From positions 3,356,954-3,420,953 of the forward strand of contig CM120644.1 of the NCBI GenBank assembly GCA_051362555.1: a stretch of 64,000 nucleotides of DNA, in the 5' to 3' direction. The translations under genes were made by a program, and so were the position numbers. The stretch's first letter is position 1. Every line of letters starts with the position of its first letter. Shown one piece after another: positions 41,901-54,300 of the stretch. The notes under the pieces were generated by a model, which saw only the letters and a list, made by a program, of their open reading frames with translations, did not search any database and had not been told where the DNA came from. This DNA is from Lingula anatina. Its lineage: Eukaryota > Animalia > Brachiopoda.

Positions 41901-44786
41901 GTATTGACATTTTTCCCATCTCATCAATTTTGTTAGTTGATCATATAAAAATGGCATTAACCTGTTAATTTTGTTTTAGGTTAAAAAAATTGTTAAAAAT
42001 GAAAAAAAAAAAAAAAAAAACATTTCAGAACAGTGCTGTCTTTGTTTACTTTTTGGCATTTTCAAGTTGTGACTTTGAAGTTCCATGGGCCTGAAGACCT
42101 TTGCTAGTCACATTTTCTGAATATCCATGATACTAATATTTTATTATTAAAAATTGATGGTCATTATGCTGTTAAACATTATGTAATATTGCATCAAAAT
42201 CTGAAAAAAATCTATTTTGGGCACTGCTCCCATGATGACCATTTAAGAAAAACCATGTCACTTACTGTTCTCAAACAGTACAGTAAATAAGTACAGATGT
42301 GTCTGTACATATTGCCATCACTTGCGTCTGTCATCACCGTCGTCGCCGTCACTGTCGCTGGCACTGGCGCCGTGCACTTTCATTGTAAACACAATAAGTG
42401 GAAGGCAGTTTTACTTATTGGTTGTATACTTACAGAGCTGATGAATATTCATAAAATGTAGGTCAAGTTCGAAAATCAGCATGATCGGGCCATTATTGTA
42501 GAAGTTATGCTGTTTTTTCACTTTTCAGCATACATGCAACACTGTAAACACATTTCAAGGAAAACCGATAGGCCTGTTGTCATGAAACTCACAGTAGTAA
42601 TCGATCTTACTATAACACAGGTCCTGTTTGAAAATTGGCATGATCGGGCCACTATTTTAGTAGTTATGCTGTTTTTTTCATTTTTCAGCATATATGCAAC
42701 ACTGTAAACACAATATACGAAAAACAGATAGGCCAATTGTCATTAAACTCACAGGAGTGGTCATTCCTGCTAAAACGCAGGTTGAGATCAAAAATCAGCA
42801 TAATCGGGCCGTTATTTTAAAGAAATGCCATTTTTTCACATTTCCTTAGATTAAATTCTTAGGCATGTTAACAGTTTCAATTTTTAATTGATAAGATACG
42901 TAAAAGTGTTTGTTTGGCATTTCCTGCATCTTTACATCATTACTTGATTATGTAAAAATGATGGTAAACTTGTTATCGTGTATTGTGTCATAAAGTTTCA
43001 AAAATGGAAATAAACTCATATCATTGCATTTTGTCAGATTCAATCATTCACTATGTTCAGAATCTCAGAATGGAAGAAATTGGACATTTAACACTGCTCT
43101 ATTAATATTTTTCCCATCTCATCAATTTTCTTAATTGATCATATAAAAACGGTAGTAAACTGTTAATTTTGTTTTATGTTAGAAATTGTTAAAACTGGAA
43201 AAAAAAAACATTTCAGAACATTGCTGTCTTGTTTACATTTTGGCATTTTCAAGTTGTGACTTTGAAGTTCCATGGGCCTGAAGACCTTTGCTAGTCACAT
43301 TTTCTGAATATCCATAATACTAATATTTTATTATTAAAATTGATGGTCATTATGCTGTTAACCATTATGTCATATGGCATCAGAATAGAAGAAAACGCAA
43401 TTTTGGGTGCTGCTGCCATGATGACCATTATGGGAAAACCATGTTACTTACATGTTACTTACTTACATTGGTATTACCTGTTGAGCATAATTAAAATTTG
43501 ATGTTGAATTTGCAGTTTAACATAATGTACTTTTGCATCAGAATTGACAGTAGCCTATTTTGTGCATAGTTATTTCCTGTTTTTTGTCTGTACATTTGAC
43601 AGCTTTGCTGCCTTGTTTATTTTATTTTATTGAAGAATTTTTTTAATAAACAGGCAACTCCAGCCAGGTCAGTGATGGTGCTGCCGCAGTTCTCCTTGCC
43701 AGGCGTTCTGCTGCTAAAAAACTTGGACTTCCTGTGTTTGGTGTGATAAGAAGCTTTGCTGTCGTCGGAGTGCCACCAGACGTGATGGGTATCGGACCTG
43801 CTTACGCCATTCCTGAGGCTCTCAAGAAGGCTGGTGGGTTGTGTTTTCTATATCTAAGTTACTGTTACTTTTTCTAAGGAACATGAAAGGAGTGTATTTA
43901 TGTGCCCCAAATGCTCACTTGAAAAGGATCACCAGATTGTTCTTTGAAACAAATTAAAACAAAACACAGGAGTTGATATGGATATGGTCATTTATAAAAA
44001 AAATTAACATGTAATGTTATGGATATATAATAATTATTATTACATGCATAACTGGAGACCAAAAATATGACATTTACTGATTCAGAAAATTGAAAGATTA
44101 AGCCCTCTCATTTTCACCTTTCAGGCAAAGCAGATGTGAAATTCACACCTAAATTGATGATGATGATCTATTCCAACCAGCTAGTATATGTGCTATTAAT
44201 GAATTTGTAACACAGTTATTCATTTTACTAACAGGTCTAACAGTTGATGACATCGACATCTTTGAGATCAATGAGGCCTTTGCCAGCCAGGCAGTTTACT
44301 GTGTGGAGAAACTAGGGATCCCCTTTGAGAAGGTCAACCCCAAGGGTGGGGCCATAGCTCTAGGCCACCCCCTGGGGTGTACGGGGTCTCGTCAGATCGC
44401 CACTGCTTTGCACGAGATGAAGAGAAGGGGAAAACGGTGAGATTTTTGTCCATTAACAGGGTTGTATGAATTTTTTTTGAGAACAAGGTTCCTTTATTAC
44501 CTTTCAAAATTAATGGGAGGTTGTTTGTAATATTCTTTTTTTTTGTATTTTAATAATTGAATTTAATTAACTGATACTAAAGAGTGAATTTTATTAAATC
44601 GAACTATAGACTTAATTTTGCTACCAGAGGCATGCAGGACCCTGTGTATAATGTTACCCAAAACAGGTCCAGACAAATAATGTCTGTTTTCATTCCAGGG
44701 GTTATGCGGTGATCTCCATGTGTATTGGCACTGGTATGGGGGCAGCTGCTGTGATAGAATACCCAGGACTCAAAAGTCATCTTTAA
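32019..44786 (+). CDS. ACAA1: Peroxisomal 3-ketoacyl-CoA thiolase (430 aa)
   Basis: Exons 32019-32192, 33036-33129, 34747-34804, 37015-37094, 38401-38443, 38834-38938, 39319-39399, 39765-39861, 40183-40273, 43654-43833, 44235-44436, 44699-44786 total 1293 nt in frame. Motifs RRTPIGKAKRG, NRQCSSG (catalytic Cys), GVESMS, MGITSENVA, GNSSQVSDGAA, NEAFASQ, GHPLG and MCIGTGMGAAAV; ends EYPGLKSHL*. Confidence 0.96.
33571..33908 (+). mobile_element. TTAA-target MITE (Kolobok-like), reference copy
   Basis: ttaa|agtgataataactcttc ... gaagagttattattcct|ttaa; AG...CT termini with TTAA duplication. Confidence 0.85.
36069..36234. mobile_element. MITE with c(a/t)ggcccgtagcc TIRs and 5-bp TSD
   Basis: gtacc|ctggcccgtagccag ... 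ctggctacgggcctg|gtacc. Confidence 0.82.
40670..43616 (+). mobile_element. Dimeric non-autonomous Helentron/DINE-1-like element with internal tandem repeats (ACAA1 intron 9)
   Basis: 5' palindrome atgtacagacaca-ga-tgtgtctgtacat (40670-40697), (gccgat)n microsatellite and internal ~160-bp repeats; a second head at ~42291; 3' subTIR tgtctgtacat (43585-43595) plus hairpin gacagc-ttt-gctgcc; T-rich flanks. Confidence 0.8.
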
Positions 44787-47700
44787 AAAGATAGCAGAGG
44801 CTGTCAAATGAATGGACATAGAAATGTCACAACCGATAGAATTCTTCACTAAGAACAACAGTACCCAGGACAATAATTAATAATGAGAAGAAAAATCAGC
44901 CACCAACTGCTGTCAAAATGGACATTGTATAAATGTAAAAAAACTTTCGATTTATAGCAAGAATGCCCAGTTATATTTGTAACTTTGGCACAGTAGGCCC
45001 AAAATTTTTTAATTAATAAATAAAATACCTAAAAATGTTTGTGTGAGAGAAGAGGTAAAGACTTGAAGAGTCGATGCTGGTGAAGGAGGAAGAAATGACA
45101 ATACATGCCGTATTTGTTCATTTCACTAGTCAGGAGCTAATGCTGAGTGACCTCAGAATTTCAAAGTGGTGACGTTTGTAAGTGTAACAGAAGTACAATA
45201 AGGTACAGCTCTGAATAGTAGTATGTAATAAGTATTCTACTAAAGGTTTCCTACCTGATTGAAATGTTGTATAATCATTCTTGTAACAGTTCATACTGTT
45301 GAGTTTGTAAGTGGAATATATTGGTAGCTTGGTCACTGTCACCTGCTCTTTGCTTAAATTGTAGTATACAAGACCACATTTACAGCCAAAATTGAAAGCT
45401 CAAAATATTAAATGCCAGGATATTGGTATGTAAGGGGTGAAGTGGGGGTCTGTCTGAGTCAAAATTTGATCAGTGTTCTATGCCTTAAAAAAAAAGGAAC
45501 CTCTGCAGCGGGTGTATTTTACAAGAGGGCACTGCCCTCTTGTAAAAGACACCCTCCCCCCCCCCCCCCCCAATACTCTTGACATTGAAGGTTACAGGCC
45601 TGTAATTTCTTCTCATTCATGCCAAGTTTCATTGATCATGGTATTAAAAATAAACTTTATATTTACCTTTTTATTGATGTCAACATTTAATATTAAATGA
45701 AGTGTGCATTTTTATATTTCATAAAAGCCACATGTAATAAAGTTTCACATTCAAGGAATATTTTTATAGCATACATACTATGTAACTTACAGTAAGTAAG
45801 CATGCAGAATAATTTTAACAAAGAATTCAATGTTATTTGTAATCCATGTTTATGAAAATAAAATCATAATACTTCATGTGTTTTACTTTTTGTTATTTAC
45901 AGAAAAAACAAAGTATTTTGTAAAAATGTAAAAAAAAAAAAAAAATGAAAAGTTAAATTTACTGAGTTTGTCATGTTCTGTATGGAGAGATCTACTGACA
46001 ATTTATTACAGTCACATGATTATTACTAAAAACTACAAAGCTTCTTTCAATTTCAATACATAACTTTTTATTCACTGCCCTGCCCAGTAAATGGGAAATG
46101 GAACATTTCAGCTATATATAATATACTACTTGCATGTTCATCTTATATGTCTTTGGGTAAAAAAAATCTGGTCTTCAGAATTTCAGCATCAAAAATGTTA
46201 AGGTATACCTATCTTTTTAATTACTTTCAGGATGAAGCAATTAATATACTGTAATAATAATTATCTTTTCAGAAAAAGTGCATGCTATTTTGTCTAGCCA
46301 ACTACTACAGGAATATACTCTTTAGTTATGATATTAAAGCTCTTAGATATATACTCATAATAGATATATAATATCCTGTTACTGAGTTTTACTGAACTTT
46401 TTTCATAACTCTATTGTTACTAAGACTTGATACAGTAACTATAATAATGATATCTGACCACCTCATATGAAAGCATGCTACAGCTGCAATTATGGAATGT
46501 ATTTCTTTTCTTCTTAATGCCAACTGCATTATTTTCTAGATATTGCACAATAAGGTGACTGATGATGAATTGCAATCAACACAAGCTGGACCACCTCCAG
46601 TTCCTCAAGGCTCGCGCAAAGGGGCTCATATAATACATTTTGACTGATAGAAAAACTAACAAGCTGAAAATGTCTGAATCTTACATAACCCGTGAGAGAA
46701 ATAAGCTTGTTTTGACCCAACTGGATAACTTTAAGCTTTTTTTTTTAGTTTCCATTAAAGAGTTCAAATAAAATTTTAACATCCATCAACCAGAGTACAA
46801 ATAAGAATTGTGTAATATCTTGACCTTGCATGCTCCTTCATGATTCAAATGCCATCAACCCCTGACCATCCCAAACCTTGTAGTTCTTCTAGTAAATGTC
46901 TTAAGCCAAATTAAAAGAACATTACATCACAGCATGACTTGTGGTTCAGACAGATATCTGGGATAAATAGTAGGTTTTAGTTCTCTTGAATGAATAGGGA
47001 ATAGTAAAGCTTCTACATTATAAGACTCGAAAGGCAGGATTAAAAATAAAACATTTAATTCCTTAATACATTAAATTAGTGATAATTAGTGATTATTATG
47101 ACATTCCTTAATACATTAAATAAGTGATAGTTTCTTATCTTTGAAAGCTGCAGCTACCCTTGGAAGCACCATATTGAAACATATTGCAAACTGAAATGTC
47201 TATAATAATAATAACAATGATAAATCAAAACATCTGTACATATTTACACTTCCTAAGAAATACATTAATCTATATTATTTTTAAGAATAAAATCAGACTA
47301 GAATATTGCCAATCTGACACTGAACTCTCAAGGAAGCTTAAAACAAATACCTACTCTGAGGCAGTGAATTCTTGAAGACATTGGCTCTAGTAAAAAGAAT
47401 ATCCTGGCAATTTCTCTTTTTTTAATTTAAATGTAGTCTGACAAATGAGTCACAAAGATAACCACATAAAATGATTATATTGTCATTTACATCCAGTTAA
47501 CCTTGTTTAGACTTGCTTGCTCAGTATCTTTATATATCTGAATATACAGCCACAGGTGATATAAAAAAAAAACTCTGAAAGATTAAAAGCACTTACATGG
47601 GTACGGCTCATGGTCAAGGATTTGACCTCATGTCCAACTATCTTTTACATTAATTTTTCATAAAATTAATTTTATTATCACAGCATCATTCTGATTTCAA

Positions 47701-48336
47701 AAGTCCATCATATTCCAAAATAAATTCGCTTTTTGGATAAGGCAAGCATCAATGTACTAAATTGCTTGTAGTAATGTCACAGGAAGCATCCCGTGTCTCT
47801 TCTTGTAAGCAGAGCCATCTGGTGAGCAGAGAAAAGCAGGTACTACAGATTCTGTTTGTAACATGAATCTGTTCAGATACCTCAACAAATCCCGGAATGC
47901 ATCCCCTCACAATTATTGTCAAAAGCAATGTTATTTTTTTGTTGATCTTGTTTCTGAATCAGTTCAGTTAAGTTTAATCCAGTTCTTTGATGCCCCTTCG
48001 AACAGGAGTCATATAAATGCAAAGAGCAATGGTTTCAATTCACCTCCCTGGATATGTACTCCATCCTCTACAAATGGAAGATGACATCACAATTTATGCT
48101 AGCAGAGATGGAAATGGACCCTTGAATAAATTCCAGAAAATGCAAGCACCAAAGTCACCCAGCTCTATTTAGGATGCTTCTGGGAGGCATAAATACAATT
48201 GTTACACCCAAATATCTGAGTTTCAGATACATCCTTCAGACTTTCATCTCTAAATTCGGGAACTGGTCTTCTTCACAGATTGTCTGCCCTCTTGTATTGT
48301 TGTGATAGATAAGTATCCAAGAGCAACTAGTAAACT

Positions 48337-51300
48337 TTAGGGGCTAAGCAACCAACCCTGCAATGTAAAAGAAAATATCTGGTTATTATAATAAGTGAGG
48401 ATATTTCATAAAATAATTTTACTTTAAAAATCTTAAAAAAGGCTCTTGCATTCCATTATTTTTCATCAGTTTTCCAGTTAATAAACTCCACTTTTTTAAA
48501 ACAAATATGTACTTTTCAGTGCTTTGCTCATAACTACCTACAGCCCTTGCTAAAAGCTGGATTAACCGCAGTCAAATATATATTAATTTTTTTCCTAAGT
48601 TTCTACCCACAAATGATTTTCATCTTATATCTAGGATGTACCCCAAAGCATCTACTGTTTCCACATCCTACAGTTTAGAGCACACATTGCAGAAAGGTAT
48701 GTCACCCAACCTTGTAATTCTGTCATCCAGATAACTCATCATCCACAGCCAAAGCATTTTGATAGAAAGATCTTGGATAACATAATGACTATTGACCATG
48801 CTCCAAGAGATCCTGTCACCACTACCACCAGCAGCACAAGGTGTTAGCCACTAGATCTACACCCAAATAACAGGAATATTGATCCCAGAGCAGTTAAATT
48901 TGGTTCATTTTTTCAGTTACTGGTCACTATTTCTGTTCTGGGTCAGTAGATATTTAGTAGTCCAATGGGCCAGTAAGCTAACAAAAGATTTTGGCACAGC
49001 TTGTATCTCCATCACCAAAAACCCCTGAAACTACAGTCCCTACAGCTACCTGCCACCACTATGCCCAGAAAGGAATCAAATACCAGAGCATGCTGCAAAA
49101 ACTAAGAACTGACCATGAGAATATGTACTGAGGTCATCCTGCCACCAGCCACTATGCATTACTGAAACAAAGAGATTTCAAAGAAAAATGGAGAACTTCA
49201 GTCACTGATCTGAATAATTATGCTCTTACTATTTACATATATCATTCCCCCCAAAAAGATTAAATTTTGTTTGTGAATTATCTTTAAGTTTCCATTTCTA
49301 GAAACAGTTGAAATCTTAAATGAAAACTCGACACTTTCCTTTCCAGTGTTAGTGCTAAGAATTTCTTTCCATGTTATAGTAACAGTGATAATAATTCAGT
49401 ACGCATTTAACCACCATGACATAAAATTTTAGACCATTCATCATGGTGTCACCAGAGAAAATGACAGTTATAATGAGTAAAAGCAATTTTATTCCGATTT
49501 TCAAGACACAAACTTCCAGGACTGCTGCTTTTCTTTGGTATGTGTGCATACAAGACATGTACATGAGGCTAGTAACCAATCAAGTGGTATCTCAGCAGAC
49601 AGTGTGATTACACCGGCCATTCAAATGACAGATGTTTTACCTGGGACAGAAAACAGGGTTATGATTGGCTCTCTACTGTGAGCAACACCAATCACACCAT
49701 CTGCTGAGAGAGCATGTGCTAAGTTAAGCTGTACCACCTTGATTGGAAACACGTCCTGTGTGACTGTGATGGGTAATCATGTTTGGTGATGGTGAGTAAG
49801 AGAGACCCAGGCTTGCACTTATATCAACACTTAAGCAGTACCAAAAAGAAAGGCCGGCAATTATAACAAAGTATCAAGGAGCTTACAATTCAGGGTCCTT
49901 TCACAAAAGCAGCATGTATATATCAAGGTTATATTAGAGACAGCAAAGTTTAAAAGCCATAAGATTATCTAAGCTGTCTTGTTAGTTACCACAGTTACAA
50001 ATGCACTATACAGGACTAATTATTTAATATATATAGTATTATTTAACTTCTTATAAGACAACAACCTAAATAATTTCCATTAAATTTAAAAAAAGTCTGC
50101 GCTTCCCAAACATTCACCAATGCACCAGTACACTCCCTAAAATTACGTCTATCAATAGTATCATCAAATAATATCTTCCATACTCTATAAATCTCAGCCA
50201 TTTTCAGCAAATTCTGTCCACTGATCTTTTTTTCCCCTCAAAACACCCATCCATATGGGCCTGTTTATCCTATAATATTTTCATCTCTATCCCATAATGT
50301 TCTTACCCCCTGCCGAGCCTCCTCATGTTGAATGACCTTCCGCGTCTGCTCGTCGCTGAACTTCACAATGGTGGCTATCACTTTGGCCAGTGTCTGTCAT
50401 GAAGGAAGAAACAGATTTCAGTGAGGATCATGACCATGACAATTCAGAGAGAGAGAGAGAGAGAGAGAATCAGTGCAAATGTTATTGGATGGACTTTGCC
50501 TTGCTAAAAGAGAGAGAAAATGGCTGAACGTTCTTGGTATTTTTCATATACCTTACTATATGGAAATATACTTAAATAGTTTGCCTTTAAGTATCTATTC
50601 ATTTTTTCTTCTCTATCTCACCTTGGTTTCTTTCCCCATCATGTATTCATACAATATATTCCTCAGGTACTCCAACTCAGTAGGCTCTGTCAGCAGAGGA
50701 CCTAGGCTGGTGTCATGTGACGTGTCGTTATGGTAACGGTAAGGACTCTGAGGCGGGGTCACTGATTGGTGGGAATAGCGCATGTTTTCAATCTGTGCCT
50801 GAAGTTCTTTCTCCCTCAAGCGCAACTGTGCTGTTTCACCTGTAAGCTGGTTTACCTTGGCCTGTAATTATGGATTTGCAAATGATATACAAATAAATAA
50901 AGCAATGAAATAATTAATTAAAAAACTAATTCATTCTTTAAAGAAAAATTATTTTTAATTGCATTATTCCTTGCCAAAGGTCTGCAATCTTAAAGTGCGC
51001 TCACGTAATTACCTACAGAAAAACAAACATTGTGGCACAATTCTTACCTGTAAATTCATATTCTGTAGCTCTATCTGCTGTGTCTCTGACAGTCCCTGTG
51101 CTCCGTCATCAGGCTGGGAGGAGAGCAAGGGCTGGGGAAGACTGGACATGTCTCGGGTACTCTGAACCTCCGCCAGCTCCATACTGAAGACAGATTAGTG
51201 AGTTTAATCATTGAGATGTCAGTGGTAAAATTATAAACTTTTCTTATTCTTTAAACACGAAAAAATAAATAAATAGATTTATAAACAGACACATAAATAA

Positions 51301-54300
51301 ATGAAAATAGATACAAAGTGTGATCTCTATCATGAAATATGTAACCATTTTAATCATCAAGTTTCATAACACTTCACCATTCCTTCCCAATAAAAATTTC
51401 TAAAAAATAAATAGATAAATAAATTATAAAAAGGTTGAACTAAGCAGGGTTCACTTATGTCAAAAATATCAATTCACATCTGTTTCATTCTTCTAAATAA
51501 AAGTTTTATGTCTTTAATATCACATCTATTGTATAATATAATATCAATAGTTACCGGTGCTTGGCCTTCAGGTCCTCTAACTGTTTGGTTAGAGATATCA
51601 CTTGCTGTCTCATCATATCCCCACTGGCTGAGCCACTCTGGACAGCCTCTAAGGCAAGCTGGTTCTGTCTGGACAGCTCCTATAACACACAACACCATCA
51701 GGCTGATTGAAGACTGGGTTCCCATAGATTTAGATCGTTCCATCTGGATCGACCTAACTCCCTGGGGGTTCATGCTAAATTGCTATCAGCTGAAGAGAAT
51801 TAAATATCTGTCACGCCTACCGAATCAGCTAGGGCAAAGATAATTATCCCCTAACAGCTTTACAAGGCATGACAGACACTTAAGCCAGCTAAGTTGATCG
51901 CAATTTAGTGGGACTCCCCAGGGAGACACAAAAATCTGTGGGAATGGTCTCTAAGTGTCTCTGTATCTGCCTTGTATGCTGTATAATTTTTTTTATGGGC
52001 TTTTGATTACATTATTTTGGATGTTTTCCTTTTGTTTATTTTCAAAATGTATGTATATTTAAAAATGTTCAAATTGAAAATCTTAAAAAAAAGAACATTT
52101 AACAGGTCTTTCTAACATTCAGCATAATAAAGTATGCACACATTTCTTTTTATATAACAAGGCAGCAAAGCTGTCAAATGTACAGACAAAAAGCAGGAAA
52201 TAACTATGCACAAAATAGGCTAATGTCAATTCTGATGCAAAAGTACATTATGTTAAACTGCAAATTTAACATCAAAGTTTAATTATGCTCAACAGGTAAT
52301 ACCAATGTAAGTAAAATGTGTAACAAGCATAAGGCCTCAGGCCCATGGGAGTTCAAGTTCACTCTTTGAACATGCATAACTTCCAGAAAAAGAAGCCAAT
52401 TAGACTGCTTTTCCAACTCAGGCTGCATGCCGATTTCGAACTTGACTTGCGTTTTAGTAAGATCAATTACTCCTGTGAGTTTCATGACAACAAGCCTATC
52501 GGTTTTTCTTGAAATGTGTTTACAGTGTTGCATATATGTTGAAAAGTGAAAAAAAAAAGCATAACTTCTACAATAAAGGCCCGATCATGCTGATTTTTGA
52601 ACTTGACCTGTGTTTTATGAATATTCATCAGCTCTGTAAATATAAAGCCCAAAAGTAAAACTGCCTTCCACTTATCGTGCTTACAATGAAAGTGCACGGC
52701 GACGGCGATGACGGCGACGACAGACACAGGTGATGTCAATATGTACAGACACATCTATATATATTTACTGTACTGTTTAAGAACAGTAATTGACATGGTT
52801 TTTCTTAAATGGTCATCATGGGAACAGTGCCCAAAATAGGTTTTTTTCAAATTTTGATGCAATATTACATAATGTTTAACAGCATAATGACCATCAATTT
52901 TTAATAATAAAATATTAGTATCATGGATGTTCAGAAAATGTGACTAGCAAAGGTCTTCAGGCCCATGGAACTTCAAAGTCAAAACTTGAAAATGCCAAAA
53001 TGTAAACAAGACAGCACTGTTCTGAAATGTTTTTTTTTTTTCATTTTTAACAATTTTTAACATAAAACAAAATTAACAGTTTACTGCCATTTTTATATGA
53101 TCAACTAAGAAAATTGATGAGATGGGAAAAATATCAACAGAGCAGTGTTAAATGTCCAATTTCTTCCATTCTGAGATTCTGAACATAGTGAATGATTGAA
53201 TCTGACAAACTGCAATGATATGAGTTTTTTTCTATTTTTGAAACTTTATTACACAATACATGATAACAAGTTTACCATCTTTTTTACAAAATCAACTAAC
53301 AATGTTGTAAAGATGCAGGAAATGTCAAACAAACACTTTTATGTATCTTATTAGTTTAATAATGAGACTGTTAACATGCCTAAGAATTGAATCTGAGGAA
53401 ATGTGAAAAATATGCTGAAAAGTGAAAAAACAGCATAACTTCTACAATAATGGCCCGATCATACCGATTTTCGAACTTGACCTGCGTTTTATGAATATTC
53501 ATCAGCTCTGTAAATATAAAGCCAAAAAGTAAAACTGCCCTCCACTTATCGTGTTTACAAGGAAAGTGCACGGCGCCGGCATCGGCATCGCCATCGCCAT
53601 CGGCGACGACAGACGCAGGTGATGGCAATATGTACAGACACATCTGTGTCTGTACATAAAAAGTAAGATGATGATAAATTTTACCAGATAAATCAAATGC
53701 AATCAAATGCAGTTATGAAGTAGAGAGGAAAATGTACAACCCTTGACTACAATTTTGTTTTTTATCTCGCCATGCTAGAGGTCCAGAACAGTTTAAGAGA
53801 GCTTCAAGATTACCATAACCTCCTTTGCAGGACCAGAAATAGAGAGGGAGAAAAAAGACCATTTTCACATTGCGTGGTACAGTTTAATCATCTTGACAGA
53901 TTCACTTTTTTATAACCTGGCGATGACACATGAGATGCCTTAACGGAGAGACAGCTAGATATAATCAGTTGACTGGATTAATTTTGATCAGTACTTTGCG
54001 GCTTGTGAAAAGGAGTAAAAACTAGAGGATCAGAGAGGCGATACCGCCTCCGAATATTGTACCACCAGCTGGAGCAAGCGCATTCGTATAGACCCCCACA
54101 TACACAAAATAAGGGACACAGCCACCAGTTTTGTGCTTGACAAGCTGTAAAAATGCAATCAACAAGAATTTTTAAACTATTGCAAAAAATATATATGGTA
54201 CAATCAAATTTACGTTCTTCATAAGGTAGGTCAAGGGTCAATTTCAAGGTCACAGTAAATTGCCAGTATATGACTTCCTATTCAAGTTCAAGAGTAACTA

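Noticed and set aside
40591-42736. Repeated ORFs (e.g. 40648-41103, 42507-42707, also 52482-53706) suggesting a small gene family
   Set aside because: They lie within non-autonomous element repeats, frames break between copies, and no Rep/helicase or transposase motifs are visible.
51457-51843. 128-aa and 99-aa ORFs
   Set aside because: Antisense or off-frame overlap of GOLGA4 exon 51679-51555 plus an adjacent MITE.
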